From a bacterium (lineage in GTDB: Bacteria > JADJOY01): a stretch of DNA of 64,000 nt. The notes beneath the pieces are model-generated. The model made no database searches, was not told the DNA's origin, and saw only the letters and a list, made by a program, of their open reading frames with translations. The first letter of the stretch is position 1; the number at the start of each line of letters is the position of its first letter. Made by a program: the position numbers and the translations under genes. Location: assembly GCA_046331705.1 (NCBI GenBank), contig JAXLQJ010000013.1:62001-126000 (forward strand), read 5' to 3'. Shown here piece after piece: positions 1 through 10,810 of the stretch.

Positions 1-132
1 GTTCGGATCTCCCCCGCCGATCCGCGCGGCGACGGTGATCTCCTTGATGATCTTGGTGAAGACCTTGCCGCGCTTGGCGTCGATCGACGCCTTCTTGCGA
101 CGAATGGTCGCCCATCTCGAGTGACCGGACAC
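1..132 (-). CDS. yebC: YebC/PmpR family protein, N-terminus (runs off window start)
   Basis: Reverse strand reads (G)[45 protein letters not shown], the classic YebC N-terminus; GGAGG RBS just upstream. Not in the ORF track. Confidence 0.93.
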   Translation of the reverse strand, partial: MSGHSRWATIRRKKASIDAKRGKVFTKIIKEITVAARIGGGDPN

Positions 133-343
133 GGAATCCTCCTTCAGCCGTGCGCGTGCGTTGCTGCCAGCGGCGCCGGCATCCCGTCTACGAAACGCGG
201 CGAGCCGTTTCCGGCGCGCCGTGCGAACTGATCCATGGAACGACCTGCGTACATCCGCGCTCGATCCGCCGAGCGCTCGGCGGTGGCCGGACGGGCGCCG
301 GACCGGCCGCTCGCCCGCATCGGCGTATGCGACGACGAGGCGA

Positions 344-1705
<1,362 letters not shown>

Positions 1706-1749
1706 TCACGAGCCTCGAGCACGGGCAACGCGGCAGCCGCGCGTTCGTC

Positions 1750-2919
1750 TCAGCCGCCGCACGCCTTGCGCAACGCCTCGGCGCGATCCGTGCGCTCCCA
1801 AGTGAATTCCTTCTCCCGACGACCGAAGTGACCGAACGCTGCGGTCTTGCGGTAGATCGGGCGCAGCAGGTCGAGCTCCTCGATGATGCCGCGCGGGCGC
1901 AGGTCGAACACTTCCTGGACGGCCTTCTCGATCTTCGCCTCGTCGACTCGGGCGGTGCCGAACGTGTCGACCTTGACCGAAACCGGGCGCGCCACGCCGA
2001 TCGCGTACGCGACCTGCACCTCGGCGCGAGTCGCGAGCTTGGCCGCCACGATGTTCTTCGCGATGTAGCGCATCATGTAGCATGCGCTGCGGTCGACCTT
2101 CGACGGATCCTTGCCGCTGAACGCACCGCCACCGTGGCGCCCCATGCCGCCGTAGGTGTCGACGATGATCTTGCGTCCCGTGAGACCGGTGTCTCCCATC
2201 GGACCGCCGATGACGAAGCGGCCGGTCGGGTTCACGAAGATCTTGGTCTTCTTGTCGAGCAGCCGCGCCGGGAGGGTCTTGCGGATGACCAGCTCCTCGA
2301 TCTCGGCCTTGAGCTGCTTGTGCTTCACCTTCTCGCTGTGCTGGCTCGAGATCACGACCGCGTCGATGCGGGTCGGACGACCATCGCGGTACTCGACGGT
2401 CACCTGCGACTTACCGTCGGCGCGGAGGTAGGGAAGCTTGTTCGAGCGGCGCGCCTTCGAGAGCGCCTGCACCAGCTGGTGCGCGTACTCGATGGGCGCG
2501 GGCATGAGCTCCGGCGTCTCGTCGCACGCGAAACCGAACATCAATCCCTGATCGCCGGCGCCCTGCTCCTTGAAGAGCCCTGCGCCCTCGGTCACGCCCT
2601 GCGAGATGTCCGGCGACTGCTTGCCGACGGTGACCATCACGGCGCACGTGTTGCCGTCGAAGCCCTTGTCGGAGTGGTCGTAACCGATGTCGTTCACCAC
2701 CTCGCGCGCGATCTCGCGAATGTCAACGTTTCCCTGAGAGGTGATCTCGCCCGCGACGACGACCAATCCCGTGGTCAGCAGCGACTCGCACGCGACACGA
2801 CTTGCCGGATCCTGGGCCAAGAATGCGTCGAGGACCGCATCCGAGATCTGATCCGCCATCTTGTCAGGATGGCCCTCGGTCACCGATTCGGAAGTGAACA
2901 GGAACGGCCGTGAATCCAT
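1750..2919 (-). CDS. metK: Methionine adenosyltransferase (SAM synthetase)
   Basis: [19 protein letters not shown] and [16 protein letters not shown] signatures. Confidence 0.99.
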   Translation of the reverse strand: MDSRPFLFTSESVTEGHPDKMADQISDAVLDAFLAQDPASRVACESLLTTGLVVVAGEITSQGNVDIREIAREVVNDIGYDHSDKGFDGNTCAVMVTVGKQSPDISQGVTEGAGLFKEQGAGDQGLMFGFACDETPELMPAPIEYAHQLVQALSKARRSNKLPYLRADGKSQVTVEYRDGRPTRIDAVVISSQHSEKVKHKQLKAEIEELVIRKTLPARLLDKKTKIFVNPTGRFVIGGPMGDTGLTGRKIIVDTYGGMGRHGGGAFSGKDPSKVDRSACYMMRYIAKNIVAAKLATRAEVQVAYAIGVARPVSVKVDTFGTARVDEAKIEKAVQEVFDLRPRGIIEELDLLRPIYRKTAAFGHFGRREKEFTWERTDRAEALRKACGG

Positions 2920-2977
2920 GCGTTTTTCCTTCCTCTCACTGGGAAAGCGCCGAGGCGCGGCGCGCGTGAAAAGACCA

Positions 2978-3007
2978 AAGGTACAGATGTCGTCGGAAAT
3001 GCGTCAA
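2978..3007 (-). promoter_or_regulatory. Putative sigma70 promoter for metK-ahcY
   Basis: Minus strand TTGACG-N18-TACCTT, about 60 nt upstream of metK. Confidence 0.55.
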
Positions 3008-3140
3008 GGGCGGCGAGCGCGTCGCGATGGTAGGATCCAGGGTCCGCCGGCGTTCCCGGCGCGGCGCGCGGGCGGGTCGGAAGCGGGCTCGCGCGGGCCG
3101 CCGAGGGGCTCGGCGGCCGGAAAGCGTGGAGGATCCGTCG

Positions 3141-3878
3141 GTGCTCGTGGGCGCGCTGCAACCCGGCTACCTGCCGTGGCTCGGCTTCTTCGATCAGGCG
3201 GATCGCTCCGACGTGTTCGTGCTCTACGACGATCTGCCGTTCGACCGCCGCTCGTGGCGGCAGCGCAATCGGATCAAGACCCCCCAGGGTCCGGCGTGGC
3301 TCTCGGTGCCCATCGCCCATCGCCACGAGAGCGGCGCGCCGCCCCCGACGATCCTGGAGGCGCCCATCGCCGCGGGTCACCCCTGGCGACGACAGCACTG
3401 GGAGGCGATCCGTCATTGCTACGCGGCAACGCCCTACTTCGACGACCATGCCCCCTTCTTCGAGCAAGTCTTCGCGCGCGACTGGACCGAGCTCGGCGCG
3501 CTCACACTGCACGTGATCGACTACCTGCTCGATCGGCTCGGCATCCGCTCGCGCGTGGTGCGCTCGAGCCAGATCGGCCTCGAACGCGCGTTCCGCGCGC
3601 GCGGCTTCCACGCCGATCGCCGCACCGAGCGCATCGCGTTCCTGGTTCGCGAGCTGGGTGGCACCGCGTTCCTGGAGGGAGCCGCCGGGCGAAGCTACAT
3701 CGACGAGGCGATCCTCGCCGCGCAGCAGGTCGGCGTCGTCTATCAGGACTACCGGCACCCGGCGTACCCGCAGCGCTTCGGCCAGTTCGCTCCCTATCTC
3801 TCCACCATCGACCTGCTCTTCAACTGCGGACCGGAGAGCCTCGCCGTCATCCGCCGTGGACGAGACGCCGATGACTGA
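3141..3878 (+). CDS. WbqC-like family protein
   Basis: QPGYLPWLGFFDQADRSDVFVLYDD, WRQRNRIKT, YPQRFGQF and LSTIDLLFNCGP motifs; GTG start chosen after GGAGG at 3128. Confidence 0.9.
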   Translation: MLVGALQPGYLPWLGFFDQADRSDVFVLYDDLPFDRRSWRQRNRIKTPQGPAWLSVPIAHRHESGAPPPTILEAPIAAGHPWRRQHWEAIRHCYAATPYFDDHAPFFEQVFARDWTELGALTLHVIDYLLDRLGIRSRVVRSSQIGLERAFRARGFHADRRTERIAFLVRELGGTAFLEGAAGRSYIDEAILAAQQVGVVYQDYRHPAYPQRFGQFAPYLSTIDLLFNCGPESLAVIRRGRDADD

Positions 3879-4785
3879 CGCTGCCGACTTCCCGGCGCGG
3901 CTCCACGTCGAGACCACCAGCGCCTGCAATCAGCGCTGCCGCTTCTGCACGCATCCGACCATGGAGCGGACCAAGCGGCACATGCCCGTCGATCTCTTCG
4001 AGAAGATCGCGCTCGAAGCGGGCAGCCATCGCGCACGCCTGTGGCTGCACTTCCTCGGCGAGCCGCTGCTCCATCCGCGGATCTTCGAGATGGTGGCGTT
4101 CGCCAAGCGCGCCGGCGCCCCCGAGGTCGGGTTCTCCACCAATGCCGTGCTGCTGACGCGCGAGCGGGTCGCGGAGCTCTTCGACTCCGGACTGGACCGG
4201 CTCGAGATCTCGATCGACGCGGCCACCGCCGAGGGCTACCTCGCGCTGCGCGGAACGGACGACTTCGCCGTCGTCACGACCCACGTCCGCGCGTTGCTGC
4301 GCGAGAAGCGCGCGCGGGGCGTCGCGCGCCCCACCATCACGCTGGCGTTCCTCGACGCCGGCCACGACACCGCCGAGCGACGACGGTTCCTCGCCGAGTG
4401 GGCTCCACTCCTCGACGAGCCGGATTTCCTGATGGCGATTCCCGCCATCAGCTTCGGCGGCGCCATCCCCGCCGCCCTTCCCGAGCGCGTACGCGAGCCG
4501 TGCCACTGGCTCTTCCGCGCCGCGCTCGTGCTCTCGAACGGTGACGTCGTCACCTGCGCGACCGATTACCGCGGCGAGCGCGTGCTCGGGAACGTGGCGC
4601 GCGAGAAGCTCGCGGACATCTGGCGCGGCGAGACCTACCGCGAGCTCCGGGCACGCCACGCGATCGGAGCGTATGCTGGAGTCACGCTCTGCGACACCTG
4701 CCGCGACTGGATCCATTCGGATGGGCGCGGCTACGTGAACTTCTCGCGGGACGAACGCTCGCCGCGCACGCGCCCCACCGAATGA
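3871..4785 (+). CDS. Radical SAM protein with SPASM/twitch domain
   Basis: CNQRCRFC, GEPLLHP and STN motifs; C-terminal PCHWLF..GDVVTC..LGNV..CDTC; overlaps the wbqC-like stop. Confidence 0.92.
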   Translation: MTDAADFPARLHVETTSACNQRCRFCTHPTMERTKRHMPVDLFEKIALEAGSHRARLWLHFLGEPLLHPRIFEMVAFAKRAGAPEVGFSTNAVLLTRERVAELFDSGLDRLEISIDAATAEGYLALRGTDDFAVVTTHVRALLREKRARGVARPTITLAFLDAGHDTAERRRFLAEWAPLLDEPDFLMAIPAISFGGAIPAALPERVREPCHWLFRAALVLSNGDVVTCATDYRGERVLGNVAREKLADIWRGETYRELRARHAIGAYAGVTLCDTCRDWIHSDGRGYVNFSRDERSPRTRPTE

Positions 4786-7484
4786 GTCCGAGGCTGGAAC
4801 GACGATCGGCCATGCGCGGGATCCTCACCGCCGCGGCGTTGCGCTCGCTCGGCCTCGCGCTCGCCGTGGCCGCCGGCACCCTGCCGCTCGCTGCGCCGCA
4901 CGCGCGGGCGGCGGTCGTGCTTCGCGAGGGATTCGACGCCGGCACGCTCGCGGCCGCCAGCGCAGTGGTGCTCGACGGCGCCAACGCCGCGACCGCGCTC
5001 GAGAGCACCGTTCGGCGCAAGGGGCTGCATGCGGCGCGCATCGATCGCGTGGCGGGCGCGCTGCGCTCGTACCTCCGCTACGACCTCGCGCCCGCGCGCG
5101 GCCAGCTGAACCTCCGCTTCGCCGTGCGCGTGGCACCGGGCGCAGCCGTGCCCGTCGGGCTCGAGCTCGCGGGGCTGGTGGGAGCGGATCCGGCGAAGCC
5201 ACTCGCCGCCGTCGTGCTCGAGCCGGATGGGACCCTGGCGCTGGTGGGCGACGACGGCGGCGGCACGGTCGTGACGACGCAGCCCAGCGCGGGCTTCGAC
5301 GACGCCATGGCCCCCGGCCAATGGTACGAGCTCGAGATCCGTTACCGCGGCGGCTCGACGCCGCCGGCCGCCGGAGTCGAGCTCTTCCGGGACGGCGTGC
5401 GCGTCCTGTCACGCACCGCCGTGGCGACGGCGGGCAGCGTCTCCTCCGTCAATCTCGGCCAGCGGGCAGGGTGGGCGAGCTTCACGAACAGCGCCGCGAC
5501 GGTCCATTACGACATCGTCGAGGCCGACGACGCCAACGCCGTCGGCCCCGAGAAGGATCATCCCGCGTTGGTCCTGGTCGATCGATCGAATGCGAGCGCG
5601 TACGCGGCGTACGCGTCGGAGCGCGCCAAGCGCACCCTCGACTTCTGGGGGCTCGCGTATCGCGAGGTGGATCTGGCGAGCGAGCCCGTCACGAGCGCCT
5701 TGCTCGCGTCCGCCGACCTGGTGGTGATCGGCCAGGAGCACGTCGCGGCGGCCCTCGGCGCGGCGGGTCAGAGCGCCGTCGGCAGCGCGGTCCAAGCCGG
5801 CATGGGGCTCGTGAGCCTGGATCCGTGGGCGAGCGAGTACGGTGCCGCGTTCCAGTCGCTGCTCGGCTCGCCAACCTACGGCGCCGCCACCACCACCCAA
5901 CAGCTCACCACCAACGATCCCGGCAGCCATTTCGTCCTGGCCGAGCAACCGACGGGCACGGACGATCCCACCAACCCGAGCGACGCGAACGTCCGCACGC
6001 TCTTCACCCGGCCGGGGGGCGCCTTCGGCTTCCAGACGCTGGCATCGGCAGGCAGCGCCACCGTCCTCGCCACCTCGGTCGGCGTCCCAGCGCTGATCGC
6101 GCGCAGCCACGGCAGCGGACGCGTGATCTGGTGGTTCGTGTCCCACGAGCTCTGGGACAACGAGGTGGACGTCACGCCGGGCTCCGAGTTCCATCCACTG
6201 TTGCGGATCGGCCACCTACACGGCTTGGACGACGTGCTCTGGCGCGGAGTGGTCTGGGCCCACCGCAAGCCGATGATCTGGTACCCGATGCCGGCGAAGT
6301 ACGCGGCCCTCAAGATCGACGACGCCCGCGGCCGATCGCTCGGCGGCGGCGGCGCGTTCGACTACGTCGACAGCGCCGTCACCACGCTCGGCGTACCCGT
6401 CCAGACGAGCCTCTTCCTGAGCTCGATCGGCGCCGGGTCGCCACAGGCGCTCGCGCTCGCCTCGCTGCAGGGCTCGAAGGGGATCGAGATCTCTCCTCAC
6501 GCCTTCGATGGCGGCGACCTCGATCCGCAACAACCCGCCTCGGACTTCCTGTTCTGGAAGCGTCAGACCGGCACGATGGGCGAGACGCTGCTCGACGAGC
6601 CGTGGGACGCGCCGACGCTGGCCGCGAACTGGACGAGCATCGACTCCTTCTTCTCGAGCCGCTCGCTGACTCCGAGCAAGTGGTTGGCGCCGCACGACGC
6701 CGTCGCCGGGCTCGACAACCTGTCCTACCTGACGGCGCGCGGGATCGAGTTCGCCCACACCACGCACGACCTCGCTGCGGCGAGCGGCACGGGGATGGCC
6801 GACTGGCTCGACGCCGCGCCCTTCGGCAGCGGTTGCCACGCGCTCGATTTCCTGGGCGGAACCCAATCGGTGTTCGCCGTCAGCACCTACGCCGACTGCG
6901 CGTTCTGGAACTTCGACTTCGACGTCAAGCAGGGCGTGGTGGCGCCCGTCACCGATCGCGACGAGGCCGTCGCGAACGCGCTGCTGCAAGCACGGCTCGC
7001 GCACGGCAGCCGCTTCCCGATGCTCTTCCTCACCCATGAATACGTCCTCGACGCCAACGGCTTCGACCTCGCCGATTGGCAATACATCGTGAGCCACGTG
7101 AAGTCCGCGCTCGCGGCCGACTCCGAGGTGCGCTGGGTGTCACCCACCGAGCTGGCGCGCGCCGCTCGCGAGCACGCGGGCAATCGGATCCTGTCGCTGG
7201 TGCGCAGCGGCAATCAGTTCGAGCTCTTGATGGAAGGCAGCTCGAGCGCGGGGACGAGCGTCGAGCTGTGGAAGGCCGGCGAGCTGCGCCTGCACCTGCC
7301 GATCTCCGCCTTCTTAGGCACGTCCCTGACGACACCCATCGCCCAGTGCGGGCGCCTCGCCGGCGGTGACGACGGGCGCCACGCTTGGATGGGGATGTGG
7401 CCCGCTGGGCTGGTGCTGATCGCCGTCGCACGGGGGCGCGCGCGGCTGCGCGCCACCCGCCGGGGAAGCGTGCGGAACGCGTGA
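4782..7484 (+). CDS. Large secreted protein with a polysaccharide-deacetylase-like domain and a C-terminal membrane/sorting tail
   Basis: Signal peptide (..APHARA), beta-rich N-terminal domain, LKIDD / SPHAF / LAPH / FLTHE motifs reminiscent of the NodB fold, and a C-terminal Cys-Gly + hydrophobic helix + Arg-rich tail. Confidence 0.6.
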   Translation: MSPRLERRSAMRGILTAAALRSLGLALAVAAGTLPLAAPHARAAVVLREGFDAGTLAAASAVVLDGANAATALESTVRRKGLHAARIDRVAGALRSYLRYDLAPARGQLNLRFAVRVAPGAAVPVGLELAGLVGADPAKPLAAVVLEPDGTLALVGDDGGGTVVTTQPSAGFDDAMAPGQWYELEIRYRGGSTPPAAGVELFRDGVRVLSRTAVATAGSVSSVNLGQRAGWASFTNSAATVHYDIVEADDANAVGPEKDHPALVLVDRSNASAYAAYASERAKRTLDFWGLAYREVDLASEPVTSALLASADLVVIGQEHVAAALGAAGQSAVGSAVQAGMGLVSLDPWASEYGAAFQSLLGSPTYGAATTTQQLTTNDPGSHFVLAEQPTGTDDPTNPSDANVRTLFTRPGGAFGFQTLASAGSATVLATSVGVPALIARSHGSGRVIWWFVSHELWDNEVDVTPGSEFHPLLRIGHLHGLDDVLWRGVVWAHRKPMIWYPMPAKYAALKIDDARGRSLGGGGAFDYVDSAVTTLGVPVQTSLFLSSIGAGSPQALALASLQGSKGIEISPHAFDGGDLDPQQPASDFLFWKRQTGTMGETLLDEPWDAPTLAANWTSIDSFFSSRSLTPSKWLAPHDAVAGLDNLSYLTARGIEFAHTTHDLAAASGTGMADWLDAAPFGSGCHALDFLGGTQSVFAVSTYADCAFWNFDFDVKQGVVAPVTDRDEAVANALLQARLAHGSRFPMLFLTHEYVLDANGFDLADWQYIVSHVKSALAADSEVRWVSPTELARAAREHAGNRILSLVRSGNQFELLMEGSSSAGTSVELWKAGELRLHLPISAFLGTSLTTPIAQCGRLAGGDDGRHAWMGMWPAGLVLIAVARGRARLRATRRGSVRNA

Positions 7485-7608
7485 TATCTTGACCGTTTCC
7501 GCGCCCCGGCAACCACGGCGGCGCGGCTGGCCCTCGGCCCCTGCAGATGATTCGCCGGCTCCACGGCGAGCGTGCTTCGACGCAGCCGCGACCGCGCTCC
7601 TCGAGACC

Positions 7609-8661
7609 ATGGCAACCGAACGACCCAGCGACGATCCAGCCGCGTCCGAGCGTGGCGCGAGCGACGGCGATGACACCGCGGACGCGCCCGCGAGCGACGT
7701 CGAGCTGCTGCCGATCCCCCTCGCCGGCGCCGTGCCGGTGGCTGTCGATTCCGCCGAGCCGGAAGCGGTCGTTCCCGAGCTCGTCGACGAACCGTTCGCA
7801 CCCGTCGACGGCGCGATCGTCCCGCACGATCCGCTGAGCCGCTACCTGGCGGAGATCCGCCGCTACGCCGTCCTCGACCGCGACGAGGAGCACCGCCTCG
7901 CGGTGGCGTACCGGGAGCACGGCGACGTCGACGCAGCCTACCGGCTGCTCACGTCCAACCTCCGGCTGGTGGTGATGATCGCTCGCGAATATCAGCGCTC
8001 GCTCCGCAACCTTCTCGACATCATCCAAGAAGGCAACGTCGGCCTGATGGAGGCCCTCAAACGCTACGACCCGTATCGGGGCGTGCGCTTCCCGAGCTAC
8101 GCCGTGTGGTGGATCCGCGCCTACATGATCCGCTACATCCTCAACAACTTCCGGCTGGTGAAGATCGGCACCACCCAGGCGCAGCGCAAGCTCTTCTTCA
8201 ATCTCAACCAGGAGAAGCAGCGGCTCGAGCGGATGGGAATCCATCCCGGCCCGGCACTGCTGGCGGAGCGCCTCGACGTCGAGGAACGCGAGATCACCGA
8301 GATGGAGCAGCGCCTGGCGACGCCCGAGATCTCGACGGAGACGCCGATCGGCGACGATCAGAGCACCACGCTGCTCGGCGTCCTCGCTGCCGAGGGCACC
8401 CCCGCCGACGAGCTCCTCGCGGACGAGGAGTATCGCGAGGCGGCGATGACGGCGATCCAGGCGTTCGCACGCGGCCTCACGGGCAAGGAGAAGATCATCT
8501 TCGAGGAACGGTTGCTCAACGAGAATCCGGCCACGCTCGAGACGCTGGGCAAGCGATTCGGCGTGACGCGCGAGCGCGTGCGGCAGCTCGAGAAGCGCCT
8601 CCTCGACCGGATGCGCGAATCGCTCGAGAAGGAGCTCGCCGGCTTCCGCACCGCCGAGTGA
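7609..8661 (+). CDS. rpoH: RNA polymerase sigma-32 factor (RpoH family)
   Basis: SNLRLVV, DIIQEGNVGLM, RFPSYAVWWIRA, RpoH box VKIGTTQAQRKLFFNL and region 4 GVTRERVRQLE; start uncertain. Confidence 0.9.
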   Translation: MATERPSDDPAASERGASDGDDTADAPASDVELLPIPLAGAVPVAVDSAEPEAVVPELVDEPFAPVDGAIVPHDPLSRYLAEIRRYAVLDRDEEHRLAVAYREHGDVDAAYRLLTSNLRLVVMIAREYQRSLRNLLDIIQEGNVGLMEALKRYDPYRGVRFPSYAVWWIRAYMIRYILNNFRLVKIGTTQAQRKLFFNLNQEKQRLERMGIHPGPALLAERLDVEEREITEMEQRLATPEISTETPIGDDQSTTLLGVLAAEGTPADELLADEEYREAAMTAIQAFARGLTGKEKIIFEERLLNENPATLETLGKRFGVTRERVRQLEKRLLDRMRESLEKELAGFRTAE

Positions 8662-8737
8662 TCCGGTCGAACGCGGCGACGCCGAGGGCCCCCCGAAGCA
8701 CCGGGCGAGGGGACGATCGAGAGCGGACGATTCGGGT

Positions 8738-8767
8738 TTGCGGCGTGCTCGGCACGCGTGTTAGGGT
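8738..8767 (+). promoter_or_regulatory. Putative sigma70 promoter (extended -10) driving a non-coding transcript
   Basis: TTGCGG-N18-TAGGGT with a TG extension; same -35 (TTGCGGCGT) and spacing as the promoter at 12040. Confidence 0.55.
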
Positions 8768-8773
8768 CCGCTC

Positions 8774-8978
8774 GTCGACCTCGCGGTGTCGCACGGGCGG
8801 TCCTAAAGCAGGGGGAAGCCACCGGCCTTCCACGGACCCGACGTCGGATTCCCGGGCACACGGCGAGCGAGGCATTCGGTCGTCTCGCTCGGACCAGGCG
8901 ACGGCCTGCCCACCTACCTTGCCGTAGTACAGCGCGCGCCGTACTACCGGGGGGCCCCCAGCCCCCCTCTTCTTTTTT
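8774..8978 (+). ncRNA. Candidate ~200-nt structured non-coding RNA
   Basis: Lies between a promoter-like element and an intrinsic terminator; stems GGAAG/CTTCC (8814-8831), CGAGCGAGGC/GTCTCGCTCG (8864-8891), GTAGTAC/GTACTAC (8924-8947) and GGTCC/GGACC; no credible ORF. Confidence 0.5.
8949..8978 (+). terminator. Rho-independent terminator
   Basis: GGGGGGC-CCCCA-GCCCCCC stem-loop followed by TCTTCTTTTTT. Confidence 0.8.
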
Positions 8979-9006
8979 CGTCGTCGGGCTTCGGGTCGCG
9001 CGCGCT

Positions 9007-10593
9007 TCAGGTGTGTCCAGGGTCGGCGGCGAGCGGACCCAGCACGGAGCGCGTGGCCGACCGCGGACGCAACGCGCCGACGGACTCGAGCCAGCGCCGC
9101 AATCGACGAGCCATGTACGTCCGGTAGCGCGCGAAGAATCGCACTTGGAAGAGCGATGGCGGCGCCCCGCGATCACGCAGGTTGAAGATCACACCCGTGA
9201 TCAGGAACGGATCCACCACCGGCAGGAACCGATAGGCCCGCGTCGCGAGCCCCCACTCGATCCACGAGCGCGGCAGGAACAGCAGCAGTGACAGGAACGT
9301 CTGGAAGCGTCGCTGGATGGGCGTGCCCTTGCCGGGTGCATTCACGTGGATCGCCACCGGCGGGGGATCGGCGCGGTAACCGAGCGCCTCGGCCTGGGGG
9401 ATCCACCCTGCCTCCTCGGCTAGCTCGAGGATGCGTGCGCCGGCAAAGTACGTGAGCCAGTACATGTTGATGCGGCTGGGGCGCACGCGGTTGTAGAAGC
9501 GCGCCAGGCTCGCGAGCTCCTCCTCGCCTTGGCCGGGAAGCCCGAGGATGTTGTCGCAGGCTGCGCGGATCTTGGTGCCGCGCAACAGCTCGATCGCATT
9601 CTCGACGTCGGCGTTGGTCTCCGAGCGCGCGAGGAGCCCGCGGCGGGTCTCCTCGGAATAGGTCTGCACCCCCATCTGAAGCTCGTAGCAGCCGGCGCGC
9701 TCCAGGCACTCGACGGCCTCGCGGGTGAGCTTGTCGGGGTTGCCGAGGCACCAGAACGGCAACGCCACCTCGCGGGAGTAGCGATCCGCGAACTCCCGCA
9801 GCCAATCCAGGTTGTAGACGAAGTTGTCGTCGAAGAACCGCACCACCTTCGGATCGTAGCGGTGCTTCGCCAGCTTGAGCTCGGCCACGACGTTCGCCGG
9901 GCTGCGCCGCCGGACGTAGCGATCACCGGGCCGGGTCTCGGCCGGCAGGTTGGCGAAGAAGCTGTGGTAGCAGAACGTGCAACGCAGGTGACAGCCGCGG
10001 CCGCTCTGGATCGTGTAGCCGAACCCGAAATACGCGGCTTCGTCGACGAAGAGATCCTTGGCAGGGAACGGCAGCGAGTCGAGGTCCTGAATGAACGGCC
10101 GCACCGGGTTCTGGACGATCACGCCATCGCGACGCAACGCGATGTTCGCCACATCGGTGTCGCGCTGACCCCTCGCCAGCGCGCGCATCAGATCGACGCA
10201 GGCGTCGTCCCCTTCGCCCACCACCACGTAATCGACGTTGGGGTCGACGAGCACCTTCTCGGGCACCGCGCTGGCGTGCACGCCGCCGAAGACCACGGTC
10301 GCGTCCGGCTTGGCGCGCTTGAGGTCCGCGGCCATGCGCGACGCCCAACGCTGCACGGGGCTCACCACCGAGAAGAGATAGGCATCGGCGTCGAGCGCGA
10401 CGGCCCGCTCGATCGTCTCTCGTTCGTAGTTGAAGCGCGGCTCGAGCCAGCGGCTGCTCACGTAGGTGTCGGAGAAGAGCCGGGGATCGAACACCATCCC
10501 CACCTCGAAGCCCGCCCGCAGCAACGACGCGGCAACGGCCTCGACTCCGAGGAACTCGAAGCCCTGGTGCACGAAGACGACGCGGAACGACAT
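9007..10593 (-). CDS. B12-binding domain radical SAM protein
   Basis: N-terminal cobalamin-binding region (LGVEAVAA..VVFGGVHAS..VVVGEGD), SGRGCHLRCTFC, RRRSPANVVAE, FFDDNF and ILGLPG motifs. Confidence 0.92.
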   Translation of the reverse strand: MSFRVVFVHQGFEFLGVEAVAASLLRAGFEVGMVFDPRLFSDTYVSSRWLEPRFNYERETIERAVALDADAYLFSVVSPVQRWASRMAADLKRAKPDATVVFGGVHASAVPEKVLVDPNVDYVVVGEGDDACVDLMRALARGQRDTDVANIALRRDGVIVQNPVRPFIQDLDSLPFPAKDLFVDEAAYFGFGYTIQSGRGCHLRCTFCYHSFFANLPAETRPGDRYVRRRSPANVVAELKLAKHRYDPKVVRFFDDNFVYNLDWLREFADRYSREVALPFWCLGNPDKLTREAVECLERAGCYELQMGVQTYSEETRRGLLARSETNADVENAIELLRGTKIRAACDNILGLPGQGEEELASLARFYNRVRPSRINMYWLTYFAGARILELAEEAGWIPQAEALGYRADPPPVAIHVNAPGKGTPIQRRFQTFLSLLLFLPRSWIEWGLATRAYRFLPVVDPFLITGVIFNLRDRGAPPSLFQVRFFARYRTYMARRLRRWLESVGALRPRSATRSVLGPLAADPGHT

Positions 10594-10810
10594 GGATTCG
10601 CTGGCGAAGGGAATGGGCGGTGAGGAGTCGGACGCGGCAGCTCAGCGGCGGGGCGCTCCGCGGCGGGTCGCGCCCCCCCACGACGCTCGACTCGCTCGCG
10701 AGCCGAGGACGAAACAGTCGAAAGACGTCGCTCGACACCTGCGGCCGAACGACCGGACCACGCGTTCGACCCGAGTTGTGATTCCGGGGGAGGCCGCGAA
10801 AACGATCAAC

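Noticed and set aside
8774-8978. Identification as SRP RNA, tmRNA, RNase P RNA, tRNA or a c-di-GMP/cobalamin riboswitch
   Set aside because: Hallmark sequences were not found (no SRP CAGG..GGAA..AGCAG loop, no GAGGAAAGTCC, no T-arm/CCA end); left as an unassigned candidate.
8758-9291. 177-aa ORF across the rpoH downstream region
   Set aside because: Crosses a strong terminator, overlaps the B12-rSAM antisense and has no motifs.
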